64,000 nucleotides of DNA from the human T2T-CHM13v2.0 reference genome, Homo sapiens: the NCBI RefSeq assembly GCF_009914755.1, contig NC_060933.1; one strand, written 5' to 3'. Every line of letters starts with the position of its first letter. The first letter of the stretch is position 1. Under the pieces are notes generated by a model, which was given only the letters and a program-made list of their open reading frames with translations, was not told where the DNA came from and searched no databases. Made by a program: the position numbers and the translations under genes. Below, in pieces: positions 44,834-59,449 of the stretch.

Positions 44834-47800
44834 CTGTAAGGAAGCAAGTGCATGCTGTTGGGGTCCTTGGCTTGCGTTAAGGCTTATGTTTTCTGCTCAA
44901 CCCAACTCTACAAACATTTGCTGAGAAGTCCTGTTCTACTCTACCTGCCTTCCCTCCTCCCCCGAACTGTTTCTCCTCTATTTCCCACTTTTGAGAAGGG
45001 TACCATCAATTCCTTCTCACCTGGTTTTTCTTTCCCCTTGGTCCAGATCCTGACAATTTCTCACTAACAGCCTGCCACCTGAGCTTCCTCCTTCATTCCT
45101 ACCACTTCTATTCAATCACCATAATGTGGCCAGAATAAACTCTCTAAATGGAAATCAGATGGCTTTCCCCAGTTTAAAACTCTTCCAGGTAAAATTCAAC
45201 TTCCTGGCATAATTTATAAGCCTTTCTGGACCTGGCTCCTGCCTTACTCACCCTTGTCTCTCACGATCCCCACCCCACCTGAGAACCCTGCACTCCAACC
45301 ACAATGCCACCGTTTCTACTGCTGCGCTCTCCACCTTCCTTCCACCCAACCCCTTCACTGCGGAGGTATCTTCCTTTCAGGTGCCGCTGCCACCTTCTCT
45401 GTGTTCCCAAAAGCTTCTCCTGCTAATGTTTATCTCTTTCCTCTACTTAGCCTACAGAAAACCCAGAAGAGGAAAACAGTGAAATAACTGGAAACCCTGA
45501 CTCCTTCATTTCTCTGCTATCTGGTGTCTGCGCCCCCATTGTTTCAGGGAGTACCAAAACAATAGGATCGAAAAAGTATAATGGTCTTCACTAAACAGGA
45601 AGCAGTCCCTCCCCAAAGCATCCCAGATAAAAAGGCCCAGATGCTCACTGCAATGCCCACCAGGAACCGCCCTAAGGAGCCAGGGCTTAGCTCGGACTTG
45701 TGTTGCCCTCCAGGGCACTCGCAACTTCCCACCTCTCAATGCTAACATTTCCCTCTGAAGGGTGTCTGTTTTACACAACAAACTGTTTTTGCCTGGAACC
45801 CATTTATTCAACTGGACAAAGGGAAGGTAGATTTTTCCTGATGGTGCTTGCCAGAACATCCCTGTCAAGGGAAGGGGAAGGTTTCCGGACAGGAAAACGT
45901 TAGGCCCAAACACCAATAAAACCCACTTCCTGGCCAAAATCTGGAGCAGCATTACTCAGCCATGCTTGACTAGCAAAGGTAACACGCTCCACTGTAACCT
46001 GTCTTGCGTGAATTATACACATGATTGTCAGTAAACCCGAACCGGGTCCTGAAAATGCTTAGTGGGATGGGAGAAGGAAGTTAGGAAGCAGGAGAATTAG
46101 TCTCTCTAGGGCTCTAAGGAGGAAATGGGAGATGCTTCAGTTGAACTCCCCTAACACCCTCTGGGTAGATTTAAAAATATATCTTAGCGGCAGTTATAGG
46201 ACATTCAGCCTGGGCTCCCTTCCTAGGGGCCCTGCTGTTAGTCTGAAGTGTCTGGAAGCTGACTGTACATATCGGGGCTTATGGAGGGAATGGACTGAAC
46301 AAGCAGCCAAGGGTCAGCTCCTACTTCTGCTGTTCTCAGTGAGCAAGTACTACACCCTGGTGTCTATTCAGCACTAAACCAATTGTAGCAGGGAACTAAG
46401 AGGGTAAGTCCTTAGGCTACAAAGACAAATGAAAATGCCCAGAAAACTCCATCTGAAAACCAGCTGAGTGGAAAGGGACTCTTGGTCAGAAAGTGTACAT
46501 TCTAAAGGGAGTGCTCCCAAGGGAAGTTGAGCTCTCCTCACTCTCAGAAGGGATGGACAGGTTTCAAGGCAGCCTGAGACCACACATTCCTAAACCCTTA
46601 TAAAAGCCTGTGCTCAGTGATGGCTACCTAAGCCTACACCCTATTCATTTCCAAGGAGTATCAGGAGGTACCAAGGGCATGCAGTGAGGAACAAAGCTGG
46701 GCGCCTGAGCTGCCGTGCTGAGCCCACCCAACCTCAGAGCATCTAGGGATGCTTTCCAGTTGTGAGGCTGCCACTCTCAGGGACCCTGCACACAGAGTCC
46801 ATAGCAGCCTCTTCTGCAGTTACTCTGACCAAGAGGACCAGCTTCCTCTCAGGGATGCCGCAGAAACCTCCCTTCAAAGGCTGCCAGGCTCTTGAAAACT
46901 AAAGCACGCTTATTGCGCATCTCCCACGGCTTCTACCGGAAAAGAGCAGACAAAAGCCCAAAACCAAATTCACCAGTTCACAGACTATTCTGAAATTGGT
47001 TTCCCAAAGACAAAAGCCAATCGCCTTTTCCAGTACAAAATTTAAGTTCCTTTGTAAGTGTTCCTCTATGGTTTAATTTATTGATCAGCCATAACTAAGG
47101 CAAATGATTATGGGGGGTGGGGGGAAGCGGTATCTACTTCTGAAGAGAAGAAAAATTTTAAAGTTTGACTTTTTTATAACCTACCCAAACATAGTTACTG
47201 TGGCTTAGGAGTGAATTTAATCAGAATTTATGTGTTTCCTCATTATGTTTTTATGTTGAGAACATTCACTGAAACCTGTCATTAACCGCAACATAACTGC
47301 ATGTCCCCAATCACACATAATCTTACAGCCTTTAAATTCACGTAAAAGAAAAGTCTATATTTTAGTCTCCCCAGAATTGCTCCAATTAACTAGCTTTTCT
47401 TTTTAAGAACACTGGATCTCCCCTCTCTTTCTGTGGTACATTTCCCAGTCTCTGTGCACATGTGACATGAACCAAGAAAAAGAAACTGGTCAGAGAAGTA
47501 AGTTTCTTTTAGGTAAGTAGCTATAAAAGTTATAGAGTAGGGAAGGCCAAGAGTTAAACTCAGAGTTAAGTAAAAAGTTGGAGTGGTCCTGCTGGGGAAG
47601 TCATAACAACTTGACTTCAAATCATTTAGCAAAGCTGAAGAAAGGTGTTTGACAACTCTCTGACAAAAGGAAAGAGGAAATAACGTAACAGTGAGCTAGG
47701 GTCCTGAGCCTGGCAGTGGGAAATGAAGATTTTCACCATGACAAAGGGCCATGCAACACTTTTTTTAAACCTGTTTTTAATGTTTATTTATGCAAACTTG

Positions 47801-48890
47801 AAGATATATTAGTGTGTCCAAGTAATCAATTATATTAAAATGGAATCCATCTTAAAAGGAGTTCCTCCTCTTGGCCAAAGCCAACCTCTCTCACCCCTGC
47901 CCTCTTTCTCGGGAATCTCATCTGCAGACCATCTCCTAGGCCATGCTTTTCTCTCTTCCTCCCTACTGCCTCCTTTCTCCATTGAGTGTTACCTCCCATC
48001 TTTAAAGGTAAAGAGTAAAACAAGACACTATCCTCACTGAGCTCCATTCTCCTCCAGTTTTCCCTTCTGTCTTCCAGAAAGTGTTGTCTACAAGTACAGA
48101 CTTGCCTTCCTCTCCTCATGTCCCACCCATCAGATCTGATTCCCCTCACTCCTGGATACTCCAAGCATCACCTTGTTTTCCAGACCCAACCGCTGCTTCT
48201 CAACCTTATCCCACTGTGGTTGTTCATAGCATCCATCCTCTCACTCAATTTTTCAATACTCTCTCCCTTGACTTCCGTGATACCACTCCTCATGATCTTT
48301 TCTCCATGTCTTCTATGGGGTTCTGCTCTTTGTCAGTTGATTTGATTGACTTTGTCACTTCTATATGCTATTCTCAAACTTCCCAATGTCAAAAGGCACC
48401 CTTCTAGAGAAACTATTCTCCCATCCTAGGCAGCTTGGGGAGTCCATCCCATTGTGCTGCAAAAGATCCTTGGCTGAATCACAGGGTTTGATTCATGCCC
48501 CTGGTCCTTATGGGACACAGAGTCCTCCTTACCTTCACTATAACAGATGGGATTCCAAGCCCATGCACTCCAGAATCCAAGTTACATAGCACCTGTCTTC
48601 TCCTCTGCCCTCTGAGTCCCTCAACTCCCACTAAGGCTGAGGCAAATATCTGTCACCACTTCATATAAACCCTAGGCAAACTATTTCAAATGACTTTAAA
48701 GCTCTAAAAAGGTAGATTCTGGGGAGAGCCAACAGGTGGAAGCAGAAAATGGCACTGTGTGAGGCTTCATTGCTTAATTTTCCATTAACTATTTAAGATT
48801 CAAAGCTTCCAGCCTGAAGGTCAGCTCCAGTCTGTGCAAGGGAGGGCAGCTAAAAGGCAGATCTTTTAGGTAATCACCTTTTCTTGACTA

Positions 48891-49223
<333 letters not shown>

Positions 49224-52174
49224 CAAGTTTGAAGCAACCACGGATGCTGCAAAATGAGGAAAGAAACCTGGAAATGAGAGAGTCAAAGACAGGAAGCCCT
49301 AAATTCTGTACATAAACTGGGCCCAAATCTCTGCATAACCTCACATATATGGGGTAGATTCCAAGCTAAAGAACTGAAGTGAGATTTGAGCGGCCACCCA
49401 AGACACAGAGTTTGCATTGTAAATCAAATCAGGTTACCTGCCTGCCAAAGATAAAAACACTTTTTAGAGGAATGCAAACAAACATCTAAGGTGTCCACAA
49501 TGTAGCAACATTCTCACTGTACAAAAATCAACCCAAAATCTGACCCATGCTCAAAAAAGAAAAAAAAAAGATAATTATGGAGACCAACTCCAAGCAGACC
49601 AGACATTGGAATTAGCAGATAAGGATTTTAAAGTAGCTTTTTAAACCATGCTCATTAAGGAAAGCAAAGTAAGGCCATAATGAATTAAAGGATAGGAAAT
49701 TAGGTAAAATAAATAGAAACTATATAAAAAAAGAATCAAATGCAAATTCTGAAACTGCAAAATATGTGAAGTAGAACATTCACTGGATGGCCTTAATCAC
49801 AAAATGGAGATAAGGGAGAAAAACTTGAAGTTGAAACTAGGTTAATAGAAACTATCCAATCTGAAGAACAGAGGACGGGGAGAAAAGATTGGGGAAAAGA
49901 AGTGAACAGAGCATCCGTGAAAGAAAAATTACTTGAAGAAATAATGGCCAAAATGTCTACAAATTTACTCAGAAATACAGTATAGACAATTCAAAGGCTC
50001 TGAGATTGCCCAAGCAAGTCCAGTGCCGAGAACTCTACCTACATTGTGTTCACACTAATTCTCAGGCCCAGGCTATGGAGGCTAAGTATATGCCCAGTGG
50101 TACAGCTCTGAGTAAGAGAGTCAGGTGTCTCTTTGAACAAAAAATATATATATAAAATTCAATGGGTAGTGCAAGACTCAAGCCTGCTACTAACTCTCTT
50201 GTTTCTTTCCTGACCTTTGGGGAGGATACTAAATGCCCTTTCTCTCTTAGCTCTTCCCTCCCTTACTCTCCTTGGTTTACCAAGGAGTCTTGCAAATAAG
50301 TGATAGAGTCGATGCTACCAATTCCCTGCCGTCTGCCTTTCAGCCACACCCATCAAGTCTGAACTCAATTCTATCTCCTCACTCTGTGCCTCCATTCCAC
50401 TCTACCCATGGTCCCACTCCCTTTAGGATAAACGTCTAACACCATTGAAGACTCACCTCTTTCTTCTGATGCTGCTCATTTTGCCCATCTTTAGCGAGCT
50501 GGTTTAGCTAACAGAATGTCTCAAATTGGGATCCAAGTGTTTTACATGGTGACATGCCTATGGGGAAATGAGGCTGGAAGTGCAAACCTCTTATTCATAA
50601 ATTGATCTCAGGTCTATCTGAAGTAAAGGCAGATTCTACACCAGAGAATTACCAAGGGCTGCAAGAAAGAGTTTCACACTAAGAATGGCTGGAAATCACA
50701 AGCATTCCCCTCATGGCACCTGCTGTAAATCCCCAAGATTTATGGTCAGTAAGAGTTGTGTGCAGTTATAATCATGCCTCACGCTGGGATGATAACCTTT
50801 CCAGAAACCAGGTGTTTTTTTGTGTCTGGGCTTAATCACCAAACCCAGCAAAGCCCTGGACCACGTGACTTTTTCATTCAGCAGGTGGGAGCCTCATGTC
50901 CAACCTCAGAAACTAAGCAGGGTCACTGTTTAGATAAAGAAGTGGGTGGGATGTTCCAGTAATAAGAGTGCTAAGAGCAGAGGGGTGACGACAATCTGCG
51001 CAGACACAAGGGTGTGCAGACACTGGGCTGTGCAGACACTGGGCTGACGCATCCCTTCCCCTGTAAGCCTCTAGGGGAACACCCAGATGGTAGCTTCCCT
51101 ACATTTCCTGACAGTGGCATAATTTTGTTCTCGGTCTATGAACAGTAGTGCCTATCATGGCAGGCACAGGGTTGAGAAATAATGAAATTGTGGTAGAAAA
51201 GAGAACACAGATGTCTTCTACTCATTTCCCCTTTACTTCTCTTTTTAGGGTAGGAAATAAAAAGAGATTCATATCTGCTCCTTTTCCTCCCTGTGGACAA
51301 CCTTGATCCTGCCACTTTTTCTTTTTAAGGCCCTTATGTTCATTAACAGCTTATTTTGGAAATTCTTGCAGAATCTGCTTTCCTCTACTTTAGCCACATT
51401 TGATGTACATGGTATTTATTGTTACTCTGACTCCGGCAGGGGCAGAGGGGCCTTCTGGGTGATATGTTTATTGTTTTAAGTGACACAAGGCAAGGATAAT
51501 TTAGGACAGGTCAGAGGGTAAGTTTTTGTTTAGCGAAGCACCATCAGGAGGAGGGAGGGTACCTGGAGTTGCATCTGGGGGCCTCAGAGCTAGGTGTTGG
51601 GGCAGGTCTTCCGCCCCAGACCAAGGGTTTGTCCCCATTCTCCTAAGCTTTGGGCAGCTAACAAAGCAACCTGCAACAACCAACCTTCAAAGCATCCCTG
51701 TCTATACTTTCAGGATAGGAAATATATCAGTGTCTGAAGCCAACTAGACATCTCACAAAGTCTTCTTCATTTCCTGCAAATTGGATATAAAGAGATAAAA
51801 AGACCCACACCTGGAGACCGAACAAGATATTTGCAAGCCACCCCTCAGTACTACTCTCACCCTTTCCTACCGATTACATGTCCCTTATACATGTGCCTAG
51901 GACTCTTACTTGGTGTTGACCAGGGTTTCCTAAAACAAAAGCAATGCTCAGAAATGGTTCACACTTCTTATTATGGTCTTTAGACTCTCAGAGACAAAGA
52001 ATACTGTTTTCCCAGCAAAATGAAGCCCAAACTTTAGTGTTCATATTGTTTAATAAGTCATAGGTTGAAAAAACAGCAGCATAAACTACAATGTTTTAAT
52101 ACATCAGGACACACAAACACTGCACTTAAACCAAATCATTTAAGATACATGCTTAGAATAAACATAATCATCTG

Positions 52175-52376
52175 GCCTTAGCAATATAGCAAAACCTTGT
52201 CTCTACAAAAAGTTTAAAAATTAGTTGGGCATGGTGGTCCATGCCTGTAGTCCCAGCTACTAGGAGACTGAGGGGCAAGGATCACTTGAGCCCAGAATTC
52301 GAGGCTGCACTGAGCGATGATCACACCATTGCACTCCAGCCATGGCTACAGAAGGAAACCTTGTTTTAAAAAAAAA
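52175..52376 (+). mobile_element. AluJ, partial
   Basis: Linker plus right arm, ggatcacttgagcccag. Confidence 0.82.
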
Positions 52377-53668
52377 GTTTTTTTTAAGTGGCCTGATTCA
52401 AGTCAAGCATCAGACAAGGCCCTCAACTCCCTCTCATTCTCAAGCCCCTGTCCAGTGGTTTCCACTAAGCTCAGGAATCCTTTGGCCTCATTTCTCCCAT
52501 TGTGGGTGCTCCTGCCCCATTACCCAGACTGGACTTCCCGTGGATCTAGAAGATGGCAGCATTGTGTAGAGAAGAGCACCTCCAACTCACAGTCTCAACA
52601 GATGTTTCCAGTCCTATTCTGGAGAAAACCTGAAGGCAGAATGAATTAGAATGGTTCTGCTTCACCTAGACCATCTGGGACCTTTACTAGCACAAAATCA
52701 TGAAGCAAAAGGGAGCAATAGGAAGAAAAGTCACCAGGTCTGAGGCACCGATGTGCAAGCATTGTGCTGGAACAGTCAACATTCACCATCATCTCCACCT
52801 CACAGCAACCCTGCCCTTTAGGGATGAGGAACCGGGAAGGCAGAGAACACATCAATCTTTCAGGGCTCAGCTAAGGACAAAACTATACAATCTGAGACTG
52901 CCCAACTGCACTCAAAGATGTTTCCACTCTACTAGATCACCAGTCACAGGTCACTAACTGAGTTGTCCATGGCAGATTCTGCAAGAGCCTTGCTTATAGA
53001 CCAACCCTGAACTGATAACTTTTCTGCACCCCCTCAGTAGAAACACCTCTGCAACGCTAATATACTGAACCATGTGGCTCAGCCTCTGCACAGACCTAGA
53101 GCTAAACAATCTTAGTTTGGGAGTCAAGAATAATTTAAAAGCAAAACATTATTTGTTCATCTTTCTTGAAGAACATTCAGGAGAACCCCAATTCAAAATT
53201 TACAGCATAATTTTAAGGGGAGAAAAAAAAGCTCATTTTTTCTCTATTGCCAAGTTCCCTTTCACCACCACCACCACCATCCCCCACCTACCCAAGCTGG
53301 CCTGGAGCTTTTCATGTAACAAAGCCCAAAACTTGCTTTTCAGCAACATCCCCCACTCTTTCCATCCCTTAAATATTTTTCTTAACCTCCAATCCTATAT
53401 TATATAGATTAATCCAGCCTTTCCCCACCCTTTACTTCAGCAAGCAAGAATCCTTTCTCTTTAACAGAGAATTTGGAAAAAACTGAGAAGGCTCATAAAT
53501 GCAGGATATTCCTTCAGAGATATAGTACATTAAGGCATTAATATCATATGTTGATACTGCACATTAATGCATTAGCACTGCACATTACATTAATATTATA
53601 CATTAGCACTGCATGTTACTCCATTAGTGTTGTATGTACCTGCATACATTAATACTGTTTGCCCTCAC

Positions 53669-53848
53669 CTTGATGTAGTCAGGCCTTCCATTGGTATAGA
53701 CCCTTTCTGGTACTCCCGCCTTGGCTTGAAGGACTCTCTGGGCAGGTAGGAGTGATAGAAAGGGTAGTTCTCGGTATATTCGGAGAGAAGACATGGTTTC
53801 TCTGTTTCATCATAAATCTTGGTAGGGAGATGTGGACAGTGATGCCGC
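53669..53848 (-). CDS. SAXO1: Stabilizer of axonemal microtubules 1, coding exon 2
   Basis: Minus-strand acceptor tgtcttttatag, donor AG|gtgagg. 180 nt, phase 2 to 2. (G)RHHCPHLPTKIYDETEKPCLLSEYTENYPFYHSYLPRESFKPRREYQKGSIPMEGLTTSR joins in frame to exon 3. The track ORF 53679..53948 is a different frame. Confidence 0.95.
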
Positions 53849-54399
53849 CTATAAAAGACACAGAGTTAGGTTGATTACCTTCTTGGGAGAAATAAACCCA
53901 ATTTCCTAAGAGTACTTCCGCCAAATGTGACTCAGACTGTAAAATCATGTGACTGCCAACATTGAAAACCAGAATTCAACGGTTACTTTTTTCCACTAAA
54001 CTACGTGAAGTGGCCAGAATATAAAGGTGGTCTGTAACTACAATTGGTTAATAAAAATTCCTTGGATCAGAGAATTACACACAAGCTGTCACACATGCCA
54101 CATTGCTTGTGTAAGCAGGGAAATATTTCCATACCATAATAGAGAAATGGCTGTGTCCCCAAGCTCTCCGAGTGCCACCCAGCTGCCCCAGGTCCTCCCC
54201 TGAGGTCTCACAACAGCCCAGGAATTCAGGGCTTACTACTGACCTAACAGGGTGCTCCAAGGCTCTCCAATAGGGCCAGCCAGTGTCTTTTGTAACTGGT
54301 TAGCTCCTGGGTCAACTCGGAATATCATCACTGTACACAAATGACATCATTCAAAGCAAAATCACCTTAGTTCTGAGTCCACCAGACACCACTGACTAT

Positions 54400-54870
54400 G
54401 TGAAACCACTTTCACATTGAAAGTCTCCCTCATTTATTCTTTCAGGTCTCACCTCAGTTATTACAGCCTTAGAAAGACTTCCGCCAATCATCTTATACCC
54501 AGGATCCACCCCGCCGTCGTATCCCCTCTCCCCACTACTCTTCCCTGTGTGTGCACATATTTTCTCCCATCACCCTGTGTATGCCTGTCCCATCACTTAT
54601 AGCTACCTGTGACTGGCATGTCTGTTGGCAAGTTTGTTTATTGTCTGTCTCATCTGTCAAGCTCAGGGCCTTTATCAACCTTGTTCACTGCTACACTGTA
54701 CGTGTACACTGTACATTTTTCAACCTTGTCCACTGTTCATCGTACATGATGTACATCTCTATATATCATATCCTAAATTTTTCATTCAGTAAATGTTTAC
54801 TGCATACTGGCACATTCGGTAAATATTTATTGAATGAAAGACTGAGTGTATACGTGAATAATTAAATAAA
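54400..54870 (+). mobile_element. L2 3' fragment
   Basis: ttcaggtctcacctc...gtaaatatttattgaatgaa. Confidence 0.6.
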
Positions 54871-57205
54871 CTTTATACCTAGTGATGAATGAATTGAACA
54901 AATGATAAATAGTATTTAGCAGTTAAAATTTATAGTGAGCTTTTCCATTTTACTTGCATGGTAGTAAATGAAACTTACTTATTTACTTACTACTTACAGC
55001 TGGACTGAGTCAGCTATTAAAGCTGTCAAAAACTAAGTGAAGGCATTTTATCAATTTTGTGTGTGCCCACAATCTTCACAATCCAGCTGGGGTCCCTCTC
55101 ATCATCAGGCACCAGCACATCAGCAAAAACTCCATGCTGGTGTTTTCCAACTCAGCTACCTTCATGAATGGCATAGCATTGTTTTCCCATTTTCACACTG
55201 GACTGATTTTTCATCACAGAAACTAAAATGCAATACTTTGGGGAAGTACATGGGGGAAGGGAGATAAAATGAGAGAAAGAAACCAAGAATTCCTCACTGC
55301 TCTAATGTAAAGCTATTTTCCAGGCAACAGCTGGCATGCTGCTCCTGCTAGTAAGTTCAACCTTTTATATAAATATTACTGCCACCACTGTTGTTACTAT
55401 GTACATCTCGTCCATCTACTCCCCAGAGAAAATCATCAACACCTGTACTGTTCATATGGCTAGAATTGCATATTAACAAGTACCATTAGAGATATCCCTA
55501 CTTATTTTCTTCTCACCTATAGATTTGTTATCAGAAATGCCTTAAGAAGGCATGAAATTGCCTGATTTACTTTGTATTATAAAAGCAGTATTGATTCATG
55601 GTAAATATTTTAGATATTCCTCATCATGTACAAGGAAAATCTTCCACAAATATGCTGTCCTTATAGTATGAATATCTAAATTTCACAGTGTTAAATACAA
55701 TCAAGAAAAGTGTGCTTTTTCTTTTTCAGCATGCACATTCTTGGCACTTAGTGTACAAAGCTATGTATTTCTATTTTATACCCCTTTAATAAAATATCTC
55801 CTAATTGTTGGCAAATAAATTGAGTGCTTTAAAGTATCTTCTGCACATTCAAGAGACAAATTATTATGTTTGCATAGTAAACCAATGACCCATCGCCCAC
55901 AGTGGATGCATGTTAAATATTATTGCCATTTCTGTGCTCACAATCGGTCCGACTATCTGAGATTTCAATTTAAGCCAACTAGTACCCTATCATTTTAGGA
56001 TTCCGACAAACCTCAGATCGAAAGCCAAGAAGCACTGGCTACCAAAAATACCTCTGCATGTATATTTTATTCACCCACATTCTAAAAGAAAAGTCAAGAT
56101 TTTATTCAGGATAACTTAGTTTCAGGCACTTGTAATAAAATGGGCTCCACAGGCAGAGTGATTACTTTCCCTTTTCAGTGCCCCTGTTTTTTAAACTGGT
56201 AAAACTACTTTCATATAACCCCCTTTCCATATTGTTACTTTTAAAAAATGTAACACACTCTAAGGATTTATTCCAAAAGAAAAATAAATTTAATGGCAAT
56301 ATACTGCAATATGATCGGCATCATGAAAGGAGATGTCAGTACAGCAACAAGCTTCTATCCAGACACTGATGTTCCATTAAATGGAATTATATCAACATAT
56401 TTATAGAGCAGACTTTGACTTATTGCTGGTTAACTGAAACCTTGTCTCACTTTGAAATATCAAAAACCCTTATGCAAAAATAAATGTTTCACTGCCTGAG
56501 TGTGCTCATGGAGTCATCTCCTTTCCCTACCTGCACCGTGAATGCCCTGAATACCCCTCCCAAGATACCCAGGACCATGTCTTCTCATTGGTGATCAACC
56601 CAACCCTCATTAACCAGGAATCCCTCAAGGACAAAGATCAAGTCTGACATCTTTTTGTTTTGGAAGCTAGCCAATATTATATACGTATTTAATAGATGGA
56701 TAAACAGTATGCAAGAGGATGATCTGCTAAAAGAAAGATATCTAGAAGTTATCAAGGAACAGAAAATAATTTGTTCTAACATTAGTAGAGCCAAAAAGGG
56801 AAAGACAGATTTCTCAATGTTTAAGAACTAATTAGTATCTAAAGAAAGTTTGTAGAATTGCCCTGCCTAGGGCATTTAAAAGTAAGCTTGGCAGCCATGA
56901 TCCAAAGAACTGAAACTTCTTCAAGCTCTGTGATACTTGGGTCGTTCCAAGAGCTGCCCTCGCCACCTTGCTCAGGTACATCCACAGACATACCCAGATG
57001 GACCCATAGGCCGGGAAGGAAAAGGGAGAGAGGAGGTTTCTTTAGCCTACCGGAACTCTCTAGTCTTTCCACTCCAGAATTCACAATTCCCAGGGGTAAA
57101 AGGACATAACACTGACTTTCTGATACTTGGAAAAGAGAGTAGTAGAGACCTTATGATGGATCCCAGAAATAATTAACAATACTTGATTCTGTTAATTGTT
57201 AATAA

Positions 57206-57546
<341 letters not shown>

Positions 57547-57872
57547 CTAGAATCACAGAATTTTTAAATTGAAAGGGGGCATGGGAAATATCTGTTCTAG
57601 TATCTCCATTATGTTATGTAGATGAAAAATCTGAAGTTCCGAATGATGTACATGAACCAGTCATAGACATAGGATAGGTGTCTATCACTTCCAAAGGACT
57701 AGGTACATTTCCTGACATACAACTAGCTCAAGTCATCTATGACTCTCAGGCAATCCTAGAATGGATAACAGAACTTTAAGAATATAACAACTGCACTGGT
57801 ACACTGGTACACAGGTAAGAAAAAAAAGTTAAAAAAAAAAAAAACAAGAATATAATAGGTTCCTCTAGAATA

Positions 57873-58373
57873 ACATCATCCAATGGAAATAGAATGCAAG
57901 CCATGTCATACACGTCATTTTTAATTTTCTATTATAGTAGCCACATTAGAAGGGTAAAAAAAAGCCAGGCATAGTGGCACCTGCCTATCGTCCCAGCTAC
58001 TCAGCAGGCTGAGGAGAGGGGATGCTTGAGTCCAGGAGTTCAAGGCTGTAGTGTGCTATGATCTTGTCTGGGAATAGCCACTGCACTCCAGCCTGGGTGA
58101 TGTAGTATCTCTAAAAAAAACTAAAAAGTTTTTTAAAAGGTAAAAAGAAACAAGTGAAATTAATTTATTAATGTTTCATGTGACCCAATATACCTAAAAT
58201 ATTATCATTTCAACATCCATTTAAAAATTATTAATGAGATATTTTACTTTCTTACTCTTTCTTACTACACTTCAAAATCCAGTGTGTCTTGTACATTTCC
58301 TTCAGTTCAGACCAGACACATTCCAAATGCTCAACAGCCACATATGGTAGTGGCTTCCCTATTGGAAAGTGCA
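57873..58373 (+). mobile_element. MER33 hAT-Charlie element interrupted by a FAM monomer (57964-58120)
   Basis: tccaatggaaatagaatgcaagcc...gtagccacatt|FAM (gaatagccactgcactcc)|aagaaacaagtgaaatt...gccacatatggtagtggct...attggaaagtgca. Confidence 0.82.
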
Positions 58374-58854
58374 GATCTAAAATTCGAAGGTACAGACAAA
58401 AGAACTGCAAGCACTTGGGTACTGGAAGTTTACTCTAAAAGTGTAGGAAAGATAAAAACACTAAAAAATACTTTTTGTTGATTAATACAATATCCGTCTC
58501 TTTCTTAGGCTTTCTCTGACCTGTCTTCATATGGCATAATCAGAGGCACTAAAACAAATAAAAAATAAAGCAGTCTTTCTTACTTCCATAATTCATCTCA
58601 ATCTATAGCACCAAGTTTCGGTTTTATGCACTTGTAACACTAGCTGCAGCTGCTCACTTTCCTGCCACTCTCACTTTTCTCTGTCTTCAAGGCCCATCTT
58701 CAATGCCACCACTCCCACCCCTGCCTCCCCACAAAGCTGCTGAAGATCCCACTACACAGTTACTGGCTATGACTCTTCCGCTCAGAGTGTGCATGAGATT
58801 ATGTCCCCACCTCTTCTTCTACTGCACAGCCTTGCATGAGCCTCTACTTTTAAA

Positions 58855-59160
58855 CTTTTTTTTTTTGTCTTTTAGAGACAGGGACCGACTTTGTCACCTA
58901 GACTGGAGTACAGTGGCACAATCATAGCTCACTGCAGCCTCAAAATTCCTGGGCTCAAGCAATCCTCCCACCTCAGCCTCCTAAGTAGCTGGGACTACAG
59001 GCATGCACCACTGCACAACCTGGCTAACTTTTTTTTTTTTTTTTTTTGTAGAAATGGAGTTTTGCCATGTTGCCCAGGCTGGTCTCAAACTCCTGGGCTC
59101 AAGCTATCCTCCTGCCTCAGCCTCCCGAAGTGCTGGGATTACAGGTATAAGCACCATGAC
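58855..59160 (-). mobile_element. AluJ
   Basis: Antisense dimer with ctgcagcctc/gggctcaagc J features. Confidence 0.88.
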
Positions 59161-59449
59161 CAGCATCAACTTTCATGTTAAGAATTTTCATGGCTGCAAA
59201 CAAAGCTGTTCATCAAAACAAATCCATGACCATTCCCCCTGCAATCAACTGGCAGCTTGAATAGTAGCTGGTATAACGTGACTTTGGGCTTTTCAAACTT
59301 ATGAACTTTCAATAGTTTTTTAGAATCTAATCTATAAAAAGGACAGCATCTTGTAGGATACTTATGACTTGTCTTGCCTCCACCAGTCTTCTGGATCCCC
59401 TGCTGAGCCTAGCCTCATGTGGGCAGTGAAGAGGGTTCTCCTTCACTCG

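Noticed and set aside
55500-56500. Repeat-poor stretch in SAXO1 intron 1 as a hidden exon or RNA gene
   Set aside because: No convincing ORF, splice pair or recognisable ncRNA motif; conservation data would be needed.
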